A DNA stretch of 64,000 bases, from NCBI GenBank assembly GCA_964558395.1, contig CAZLDS010000003.1:13830-77829 (forward strand), written 5' to 3'. This stretch comes from an uncultured bacterium (lineage in GTDB: Bacteria > Methylomirabilota > Methylomirabilia > Methylomirabilales > CSP1-5). Under the pieces are notes generated by a model. That model searched no databases and was not told the origin of the DNA. It was given only the letters and a program-made list of their open reading frames with translations. This document shows positions 54,299 through 61,958 of the stretch, in pieces (the stretch's first letter is position 1; every line of letters starts with the position of its first letter). Position numbers and translations under genes: made by a program.

Positions 54299-55558
54299 AT
54301 GGAAGTCCTGGCGATGGTCCTCGCGGGCGGGCGGGGAGAACGGCTCTATCCGTTGACCAAAGACCGGGCAAAGCCCGCGGTCCCCTTCGGCGGTAAGTAT
54401 CGCATCATCGACTTCGTCCTCTCAAACCTTATCAACTCCGGCATTTACTCCATCTACGTGCTCACCCAGTTCAAGGCCCAGTCGCTGATGGAGCACCTCC
54501 GGGAGGCCTGGCGTCTCTCGAGCGTTCTCCGGGACAACTTCATCATTCCGGTTCCGGCCCAGATGCAGACGGGGGCCGACTGGTACCGGGGGACGGCCGA
54601 TGCCGTCTATCAGAACCTGAATCTAATCCAGCGGGCCAACCCCCAGACCGTTGCCATTTTCGGGGCTGACCACATCTACAAGATGAACATCCGCCAGATG
54701 ATCGAGTACCACCGGGCGAATCAAGTGGAGGGGACGGTGGCGGTCGTCCCAGTGCGGATTGCGGAGGCCTCGAAGTTCGGGGTGCTCGAGGTCGATTCCA
54801 CGTGGCGGATCCAGGGGTTCGAAGAAAAACCACTTCACCCGAAGTCTCTCCCGGATGAGCCCGAGTACGCACTGGTCTCCATGGGGAACTATCTCTTCGA
54901 GACGGAAGTCCTCATTAAGACTCTGGAAGATGACGCGCACCATACTGCAAGTACGCACGATTTCGGTCGCAACGTCCTTCCCAGTCTGGTGAAGGCTGGA
55001 CGAAAGATCTACGCCTACGATTTCAGGAGGAATCGAATCCCCACGCCCCTGAAGGGGGAGGAAGCGAGCTACTGGCGAGATGTGGGAACCATCGACGACT
55101 ACTACGACGCAAACATGAACCTCCGCGCCGTCGATCCTTCTTTGAACCTGTACAACGAAAGCTGGCCCATCCGAGCCGTGAGCTATGGGGATCCCCCCGC
55201 AAAGTTCGTCTTCGACGAGGAGGGGCGCCGGGGGACGGCTCTCAATTCCATTGTGGCCGAGGGGACCGTCATCAGCGGGAGCTTGGTTCGCAATTCGGTC
55301 ATTAGCTCGAACGTGCGGATCCACAGCTTTTGCCTCATCGAGGACTCGGTCATCATGAATCGGGCGGAGGTGGGACGGGGCTGCCGGATCCGAAGGGCCA
55401 TCATCGATAAGAACGTCTCTGTCCAGCCCGGGACCGAGATCGGCTACGACCCGGAAAAGGATCGAGAGCGATATTTTGTCACGGAAAGTGGGATTGTTGT
55501 CATCCCCCGGGAAGAGCCAAAGCCCCCCTGGTCCCACAGACCGAACCTCTATTCGTGA
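54299..55558 (+). CDS. glgC: glucose-1-phosphate adenylyltransferase
   Basis: LAGGRGERLYPLTKDRAKPAVPFGGKYRIIDF.LSN..NSGI and FEEKP motifs, plus a C-terminal left-handed beta-helix region. Confidence 0.95.
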   Translation: MEVLAMVLAGGRGERLYPLTKDRAKPAVPFGGKYRIIDFVLSNLINSGIYSIYVLTQFKAQSLMEHLREAWRLSSVLRDNFIIPVPAQMQTGADWYRGTADAVYQNLNLIQRANPQTVAIFGADHIYKMNIRQMIEYHRANQVEGTVAVVPVRIAEASKFGVLEVDSTWRIQGFEEKPLHPKSLPDEPEYALVSMGNYLFETEVLIKTLEDDAHHTASTHDFGRNVLPSLVKAGRKIYAYDFRRNRIPTPLKGEEASYWRDVGTIDDYYDANMNLRAVDPSLNLYNESWPIRAVSYGDPPAKFVFDEEGRRGTALNSIVAEGTVISGSLVRNSVISSNVRIHSFCLIEDSVIMNRAEVGRGCRIRRAIIDKNVSVQPGTEIGYDPEKDRERYFVTESGIVVIPREEPKPPWSHRPNLYS

Positions 55559-55595
55559 AACCCACCAGTGTGAGGACGTGTCCACCGGCGACCCT

Positions 55596-55639
55596 TGCCT
55601 TTCTGCTTGCGAGAACCTGCCAAATCAGGTAAGACTATC
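55596..55639. repeat. second copy of the TGCCTTTCTGCTTGCGAG-containing segment
   Basis: An 18/18 identity with 50751-50768 is followed by about 14/26 matches (hand alignment). The orientation is the same. Confidence 0.7.
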
Positions 55640-55736
55640 ATCCCTGCTCGCCCTGAGCTCGGGCCGAAGGCTCAGTTGAGCCGCGGAGTCGCTCCGGGCT
55701 ATTCGAAGAGCGAGATCCCTGCCGCGAGAGCACACC

Positions 55737-57272
55737 ATGTTAGCGAAGGTCCTGAGTAGCGCTGTCCTCGGCGTGGATGGCTACCTGGTCGACGTCGAGG
55801 TGGATATCGCCCTGGGGCTTCCTTCCTTTTCCACGGTCGGGTTGCCCGATGTGGCTGTCAAAGAAAGCCGTGATCGCGTCAAGGCGGCCATTAAGAACTG
55901 TGGCTTCGACATTCCTCCTCGGCGAATCACCGTCAATTTGGCCCCAGCGGACATCAAGAAGGAAGGGGCTGCCTTTGACCTACCGATGGCTATTGGGGTA
56001 CTGGCCGCCCAAGGGATCGTGAAGCCGGACCGGCTCTCGGAGATCCTCGTCCTGGGTGAACTGGCCCTCGACGGGATCGTCCGCCCCATCCGCGGTGCCC
56101 TCCCGATGGCTGTGGCCGGGGCGGAGGCTGGGCTCAAAGGCATCGTGCTCCCGGCCGACAATGCTCCTGAAGCGGCCGTGGTGAACGGGATCGACGTTTA
56201 CGGCGTCCACAGCCTGGCACAGACCGTCGGCATGCTCAATGGAGAGCTCACTCTGAAGCCCACCACGATTGATCTTCACGCCGCCTTCGCCCATTCCGCC
56301 CATTACCCCGTCGATTTTACCGATGTACGGGGCCAAGAGCATGCGAAGCGTGCCCTCGAGGTCGCCGCCGCGGGGGGCCATAATATCTTGCTCATCGGTC
56401 CCCCAGGGTCGGGGAAGACCATGCTGGCCAAACGCCTCCCGACGATTCTCCCGCCTCTCGCCCTGGAAGAAGCAATTCAGACGACGAAGATCCATAGTGT
56501 CTCAGGTCTCCTTCCCGCTCGAACCCCCGTCATTGCCATCCGGCCCTTCCGGGCCCCTCACCACACCATTTCCGATGCCGGCCTGATCGGCGGTGGGAAC
56601 ATTCCCCGGCCGGGTGAGGTCAGTTTGGCGCATCACGGCGTGCTCTTTTTGGACGAGCTGCCGGAGTTCAAGCGAAACGTGTTAGAGGTACTCCGCCAGC
56701 CGCTCGAAGACGGCCAGGTCACCATAGCGCGGGCTCTCACCTCCCTGACCTATGCGGCCTCGTTCATGCTGGCCGCAGCCATGAACCCGTGCCCCTGCGG
56801 GTACATGACCGATCCCCAAAAGGAATGTGGCTGTGGTCCGGGAGAGATCCAGCGCTATCTCAGCCGGATATCGGGTCCCCTGTTGGACCGCATCGATATC
56901 CACATCGAGGTACCTCCCCTTCGTTATCGGGACATGACAGCGGAGGGAGCCGGAGAACCGTCGAGCGCGATCCGGGAGCGGGTGAAACAAGCCCGGGACG
57001 TCCAGGCTGATCGCTTCAAAAAGAGTAAGATCTTCTGCAACGCTGCCATGAGCCCAAGACAGGTTCGTCGCTATTGTCAGGTGGCAGAAGGGGGGCAGCG
57101 TCTCTTAGAAACCGCGATGGAACGTTTTGGGCTAAGCGCCCGCGCGTACGATCGAATCCTGAAAGTGGCGCGGACCAGTGCCGATCTGGCTGAAGAGGAA
57201 ACTATTCGCCCGGAACACATTGCTGAGGCGATCCAGTACCGCAGCCTGGATCGCGGATTTTGGGGGAGTTAA
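55737..57272 (+). CDS. comM: YifB/ComM family Mg-chelatase-like ATPase
   Basis: Lon-like N-domain (GLP.F..VGLPD.AV.ES..RV), AAA+ Walker [10 protein letters not shown], and LFLDELPEF. 511 aa. Confidence 0.9.
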   Translation: MLAKVLSSAVLGVDGYLVDVEVDIALGLPSFSTVGLPDVAVKESRDRVKAAIKNCGFDIPPRRITVNLAPADIKKEGAAFDLPMAIGVLAAQGIVKPDRLSEILVLGELALDGIVRPIRGALPMAVAGAEAGLKGIVLPADNAPEAAVVNGIDVYGVHSLAQTVGMLNGELTLKPTTIDLHAAFAHSAHYPVDFTDVRGQEHAKRALEVAAAGGHNILLIGPPGSGKTMLAKRLPTILPPLALEEAIQTTKIHSVSGLLPARTPVIAIRPFRAPHHTISDAGLIGGGNIPRPGEVSLAHHGVLFLDELPEFKRNVLEVLRQPLEDGQVTIARALTSLTYAASFMLAAAMNPCPCGYMTDPQKECGCGPGEIQRYLSRISGPLLDRIDIHIEVPPLRYRDMTAEGAGEPSSAIRERVKQARDVQADRFKKSKIFCNAAMSPRQVRRYCQVAEGGQRLLETAMERFGLSARAYDRILKVARTSADLAEEETIRPEHIAEAIQYRSLDRGFWGS

Positions 57273-57274
57273 TT

Positions 57275-57520
57275 ATGGGTGCCGTTCCAGCCAAGTGCCT
57301 TCACTGTAAGCAAGACCTCCGTTACGACCTCGCCAATCTGCGATACCGCTGTCCGACGTGCGAAGCAGGTGAGGCCCCAAAAACGAGTGCAACAGGCGTA
57401 GAAGGTACGGCACGCGAAGGGACCGGTCCTCCGGCGGATATTTTGCGCGAGCGGGCTGAGACGTTCGGGCGCGGCGCGGCCCGCCTCCTTCACCGGCTCG
57501 AGCAGTGGCTCAGCAAGTGA
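57275..57520 (+). CDS. hypothetical 81-aa zinc-ribbon protein
   Basis: CLHC-N14-CPTC at the N-terminus. GGGGGAG lies 5 nt before ATG 57275. Confidence 0.4.
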   Translation: MGAVPAKCLHCKQDLRYDLANLRYRCPTCEAGEAPKTSATGVEGTAREGTGPPADILRERAETFGRGAARLLHRLEQWLSK

Positions 57521-57739
57521 AGCGGGGTCCCCGAGGAGCGCATCTCAGGGGATTCCCGGACGACACCCGACTCGAAAGTATCGAAGGACCCCCAGACGGC
57601 CGCATTGGCCCCCCACGGACCGGTCGTCTTCCATCAGTGCTGGACCCACGGATTAAGCAGCCTTACCTCTGCAGGGTCGCGGTCATCTTGCCGATGGTTG
57701 CCAACTGAAGGCTTTCCTGATCACACCCCAACCCCCGTT

Positions 57740-57830
57740 GGTTCATGGTTTGTGGTTCATAGTTCATGGGGTAAGGTAAAACCCGGACTCGGACTCCCTC
57801 TCATGAACCCTGAACCTTGAATCATGAACG
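57740..57830. repeat. GTTCA/TGAAC heptamer hairpin element
   Basis: Left arm is GGTTCAT GGTTTGT GGTTCAT AGTTCAT (57740-57767). After a spacer comes ATGAACC CTGAACC TTGAATC ATGAACG (57803-57830). Confidence 0.85.
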
Positions 57831-57912
57831 GCAGGTTCGCTATGCTAGGCTCAAAGCGGAGGCACGTCGACATGCATATCCTCATGCGACGCCTTGTCCC
57901 ACTGGGCATCGC

Positions 57913-58236
57913 TGGGCCTTAGGAGGAAAGGACCTGCGAGTGATGCTCAGGCATCTACTGCCGAATATCCTTGGACCCATTCTGGTCGAGGCCAGCTTTG
58001 GATTCGCGACGGTGATCATCGCCGAGGCGAGTTTGAGCTTCCTCGGGCTAGGAACCCAGCCCCCCACTCCCAGTTGGGGCCAGATGCTCAACGAAGCGCG
58101 GCAGTATCTCTTGGTCGCTCCGCATCTGACGCTCTTCCCCGGTCTCGCCATCGTGGTGACCGTCATGGGCTTTAACTTCCTGGGGGATAGCCTCAGGGAT
58201 CTCTGGGATCCGAGGGGCAGGCAGTCACCCCTCTGA
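57913..58236 (+). pseudogene. 3' fragment of an oligopeptide/dipeptide ABC permease (DppC/OppC type)
   Basis: WALGGKDLRVMLRHLLPNILGPILVEASFGFATVIIAEASLSFLGLG.QPP.PSWG.ML...R.Y....P....FPGLAI....MGFN.LGD.LRD..DPR matches only the last roughly 100 aa of such permeases. No N-terminal two-thirds, partner permease, ATPase or SBP gene is nearby. Confidence 0.7.
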
Positions 58237-58345
58237 CAGCGGGAGGATTCGCGACTGGCTGCGAAGAAAAAAGTCCAGAAGGAAAAGCAAAAGAGAAAGA
58301 AGAAACCCTCGGTCCGGTTGCCGGTGGCACCGCCGTCCCGCCCTC

Positions 58346-58582
58346 ATGAGCCAAAAACGGCGTATCGGCGACCGCGGGAGAAAGAGCGCTTTCGTCGAGA
58401 ACCAGAAGAAGAGGAAGAAGGTGGCACCGGCCGAGGTGAAAAACAAGAGGCCTGATCCGCGAGACGTCCATGGCGGCACCACCAGACATGTCCTCGAAGC
58501 CCTGGCTCGGGAGCATTTCGCTGCTGGACTGGAGCGGTTAGGCTCTATAAAATCGGCGAGCCACGAAGAGGATTACGGATGA
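58346..58582 (+). CDS. hypothetical basic protein (doubtful)
   Basis: 78-aa ORF in purine-rich DNA. A second overlapping frame (58237-58455) is also open. No motif recognised. Confidence 0.2.
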   Translation: MSQKRRIGDRGRKSAFVENQKKRKKVAPAEVKNKRPDPRDVHGGTTRHVLEALAREHFAAGLERLGSIKSASHEEDYG

Positions 58583-58603
58583 CCGGTCGGGGAGAGGACG
58601 TCG

Positions 58604-59110
58604 ATGGCGAAAGCAGGAAGAAAGGGGTTAGAGTTTGTGGTGCACGAGCACCAGGCCACCCGTCTCCATTACGATTTCCGGCTGGAAATTGGTGGGGTCC
58701 TCAAGTCCTGGGCGATTCCGAAGGGCCCCTCTATGAATCCCGCTGAGAAGCGCCTCGCGGTGATGGTTTCCGATCATCCCCTGCTCTATGCCGACTTTGA
58801 AGGGATTATCCCCGAGGGGAGCTATGGGGCAGGGCCGGTCGTGGTGTGGGACGAGGGAATCTTTGTCCCAGTGGACAAGGACCCACTTCAGGGGATTCAG
58901 GCTGGGAAGCTCGCCTTTGAACTGCGGGGGAAGAAGCTCAAGGGAGCCTTTGCCTTAGCGCTCATGAAGGACCGGGGAACTGGAAAGGAGTGGCTGTTGA
59001 TGAAAAAGAAGGATGCCCATGCCGACCCGAAATGGAAACTCGTGACCGCCTTGACGCCCCAAAAACTCAAACGTCTCAAGGTTCGGGTCCCCCCCTGCGA
59101 TACCGAATGA
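58604..59110 (+). CDS. stand-alone DNA ligase D 3'-phosphoesterase (PE) domain protein
   Basis: FVVHEHQATRLHYDFRLE.GGVLKSWAIPKGPS..P..KRLAV.V.DHPL.YADFEG.IP.G.YGAG.VVVWD.G matches the LigD PE domain. 168 aa. No ligase, polymerase or Ku gene is adjacent. Confidence 0.85.
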   Translation: MAKAGRKGLEFVVHEHQATRLHYDFRLEIGGVLKSWAIPKGPSMNPAEKRLAVMVSDHPLLYADFEGIIPEGSYGAGPVVVWDEGIFVPVDKDPLQGIQAGKLAFELRGKKLKGAFALALMKDRGTGKEWLLMKKKDAHADPKWKLVTALTPQKLKRLKVRVPPCDTE

Positions 59111-59159
59111 GGACTTGCACAGAACGCGTGAAATCCTGAGGGTGGCGGAGTAGACTGGA

Positions 59160-60017
59160 GTGAGAGTGGACTTTCGTATCGATCACGTGGTCATTCGCGT
59201 GGACGACCTTGCTACGGGCATAGCGGACTACACTGCGCTGGGGTTCACGGTCATTGCCGGGGGCGAGCATCCCCGTGTGGGAAGCCATAACGCCCTCATT
59301 GCGTTCGCGGATGGCAGCTATCTCGAATTGATTGCGTTCAAATGCCGGTCCTCCCCACCGCATGCTGAAATTCCAAAGCAGGCCCGCGCCGAAGAGTTGA
59401 GGGCCGAGCACATTCCGCCGGCCGAGCGCCACATGCGGTCCTGGGAAGCGGTCGGTGAAGGATTGGTGGACTTTGCGCTGGTTCCTGCGGCGATCGAGGA
59501 CGCGATCGCCGAAGCGAAGCGACGCGGGCTCACCATTGAAGGCCCGCTGCCCGGTGGCCGGGTCCGGCCGGACGGCCGGCAGGTGTCGTGGCAGTTCGGG
59601 ATTCCCGATGCCTTCGACCTCCCCTTTCTCTGTGCGGATGTGACGCCGAGGGCATTGCGCGTCCCTGAGGGGGCTGCCAGGGACCACGCCAATGGGGTGA
59701 CGGGGATCACGGGAATTCTGGTTTTGGTGACGGCCCTTGGTATCAGTGTCCCCCGATATCGGGCACTTCTGGATGTCAATCCAGGCCACGGATTGGCCTT
59801 CCCTTGGCCAGAAGCACAGATCGTGGACATTCCCCTCGGGAGCACGGTCATTTCATTGGCCGAGCCAGTCAGGCAACGCGGTCCCCTGTGGGACCACTTG
59901 AATCGGTCTGGAGAGGGCCCGTATGCTTTGAAGTTACGGACCAACGATGGGGCAAGCGTAGGCTTGCTCGACCTTACCCGCACTCACGGTGCCCAGGTCG
60001 AGATGGTGTTCGGATGA
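59160..60017 (+). CDS. glyoxalase-like (VOC superfamily) domain protein
   Basis: IDHVVIRVDDL......Y..LGF.V..GG.H...G..N.LI.F.DGSYLELIAF is typical of the Glyoxalase-like domain family. The start may be GTG 59166, with GGAG 5 nt upstream. Confidence 0.65.
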   Translation: MRVDFRIDHVVIRVDDLATGIADYTALGFTVIAGGEHPRVGSHNALIAFADGSYLELIAFKCRSSPPHAEIPKQARAEELRAEHIPPAERHMRSWEAVGEGLVDFALVPAAIEDAIAEAKRRGLTIEGPLPGGRVRPDGRQVSWQFGIPDAFDLPFLCADVTPRALRVPEGAARDHANGVTGITGILVLVTALGISVPRYRALLDVNPGHGLAFPWPEAQIVDIPLGSTVISLAEPVRQRGPLWDHLNRSGEGPYALKLRTNDGASVGLLDLTRTHGAQVEMVFG

Positions 60018-61441
60018 GTGCCCGCGTCGAGAAAGCCCCACCCGGCCCTCGTGGTTATCCCGTCCTTGGCCTGCTGCATAAAGCGTGGCAGAACCCGCCC
60101 GAGTTCTTCCTCAACGCTGCCCTTCAATATGGCCGCGTCGTCTGCCTACGGTTGGGTTTCCATCGTGCGTATCTGATCAGCCACCCAGAGCACATCAAAC
60201 ACGTGTTGCAAGATAATTTCCTGAACTACGTCAAGAGCCCCCCAAGGATTGAAAAAATCAAACCGTTATTCGGTGAGGGACTTACCACGAGCGAGGGAGA
60301 GGCATGGCGTCGACAGCGTCACTTAATCCAGCCAGCCTTTGCCCGCGAGCGGATCGCGGGACTGGACTGTATCATCACCGATGCGACGACGGCGATGTTG
60401 GAACGCTGGTTCAGCGTCGCCGCAAACGGCCAGGCGCTCGATATTGCAGCAGAGATGTTGCAGCTGACGCAGCACATCGCCCTGGAAATGCTCTTTAGCG
60501 ACGATGTTGCGGACGAGGCGGACGCGATAGACCGCGCCTTGGCCACCGTGCTCGACCACATCAACCAGTCAACGTGGGCCTGGTTCAGCGTGCCTCAGCG
60601 TGTGCCGACGCCACGCAACCGCCGGCTTCACCACGCCTTGGCCGTGCTGGACTCGTTTGTCTATCGCATGATCGACCACCGGCGCCGTAGTCGGCAGACC
60701 AAGGGTGACCTCCTTTCCTTCCTCCTGAGTGTACGAGATGAGGAGACAGGCGAGGGGATGAGCGATAGGCAATTACGCGACGAGCTGATGACGATGTTCG
60801 TCGCAGGCCACCAGACGACAGCAAACGCCCTGGCGTGGACCTGGTACTTGCTCTCCAAGAATCCTGACACGGAACAGCGTCTCCAGGTAGAACTCTCCAG
60901 TGCGCTGGCGGGGCGTTCCCCGTCCTCTCCCGATCTCCCCAAGCTGACGTACACCCGGATGGTGATTGAAGAGGCGATGCGGCTGTACCCGCCCACCTGG
61001 ATCACGGCGCGCAGACCGATTGAGGAAGACAAGATCGGCGGTTACTGTATCCCGGCGAACTCGGCGGTTCTTTTGAGCCCGTACGTGACTCACCACCACC
61101 CGGCTTTTTGGAAGAATCCTGACACGTTTGATCCCGAGCGCTTTTTGTCGGAGCACGTCGCCGAGCGCCCGCGCTACGCGTACTTCCCATTCGGTGGTGG
61201 ACCGCGGGTATGCATCGGCAGGAGCTTCGCACTCATGGAGGCGCAATTGATCGTTGCCACGGTCGCGCAGCGGTACCGTCTGCAACTTGTGCCCGGATAC
61301 CCGGTCGAGCCGCTCGCGATGATGACGCTGCAACCACGCCACGGAGTCATGATGACACTGCACAGCCAACCCGCTCAAGGAGAAGGGCTGGATCGCAGCA
61401 TGTGGGAGCGACAGTCGAGGTGTTTTGGAGACCGCCCATAA
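60014..61441 (+). CDS. cytochrome P450
   Basis: I-helix FVAGHQTT, K-helix EAMRLYPP, and Cys-ligand loop FPFGGGPRVCIGRSFA. The ATGA overlap with the upstream gene implies translational coupling. Confidence 0.92.
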   Translation: MSARVEKAPPGPRGYPVLGLLHKAWQNPPEFFLNAALQYGRVVCLRLGFHRAYLISHPEHIKHVLQDNFLNYVKSPPRIEKIKPLFGEGLTTSEGEAWRRQRHLIQPAFARERIAGLDCIITDATTAMLERWFSVAANGQALDIAAEMLQLTQHIALEMLFSDDVADEADAIDRALATVLDHINQSTWAWFSVPQRVPTPRNRRLHHALAVLDSFVYRMIDHRRRSRQTKGDLLSFLLSVRDEETGEGMSDRQLRDELMTMFVAGHQTTANALAWTWYLLSKNPDTEQRLQVELSSALAGRSPSSPDLPKLTYTRMVIEEAMRLYPPTWITARRPIEEDKIGGYCIPANSAVLLSPYVTHHHPAFWKNPDTFDPERFLSEHVAERPRYAYFPFGGGPRVCIGRSFALMEAQLIVATVAQRYRLQLVPGYPVEPLAMMTLQPRHGVMMTLHSQPAQGEGLDRSMWERQSRCFGDRP

Positions 61442-61498
61442 GGGAATTGGCTGAGAAGAGAGCGTGAGACGACGAGGTGGCATAGCTTGGAGGAGAAC

Positions 61499-61900
61499 AT
61501 GAGAACGCCGCTGAGAAAGCCTGCAAAGACAGGGGCAAGGAGAATCCAGCAGTTTTTTCAGTCCCTCGGGGAGCGCCTACAAAGTAGTGCCAGTGTGAAG
61601 AGGGTATATGGGGAGCCCATCGTCGTTAAGGAAAAGACGATCATTCCCGTCGCCCGCGTTGCGTATGGTTTTGGCGGGGGCTTGAGATCGCGCAAGGAGG
61701 GCGAGGGGGGAAAAGAACAGAAGGATGGGGAACAGGAGGGTGGAGGTGCGGGGTTGGCGGCCAGTCCCGTCGGCGTCGTGGAGATAACTCAGGAAGATAC
61801 CCGATTCATTTCCATCGGTGAAGAAAGGAAATTAGCCGGGGCCCTGATCATTGGTCTTTTCCTCGGTGTTTTCATAGGGGGAAGGCGGTCAAGAACGTAA
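61499..61900 (+). CDS. GerW/YtfJ-family protein with a C-terminal TM helix
   Basis: VYGEPIVVKEKTIIPVARVAYGFGGG...(gly/glu-rich)...GGGAGLAASPVGVVEITQEDTRFI is the GerW pattern. ATG 61499 follows GGAGGAG. Confidence 0.6.
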   Translation: MRTPLRKPAKTGARRIQQFFQSLGERLQSSASVKRVYGEPIVVKEKTIIPVARVAYGFGGGLRSRKEGEGGKEQKDGEQEGGGAGLAASPVGVVEITQEDTRFISIGEERKLAGALIIGLFLGVFIGGRRSRT

Positions 61901-61958
61901 GCCACTCTCGGCTCTGACGTGAAAATCGTGCAGAAAGAGGCGAGCCATAGCACGTGAG

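Noticed and set aside
57505-57708. 67-aa ORF and possible ABC-ATPase remnant (LCRVAVIL resembling CDRVAVM) downstream of the zinc-ribbon gene.
   Set aside because: The similarity is limited to about 7 residues with no flanking Walker B, signature or D-loop context in any frame. It is treated as non-coding or decayed DNA.
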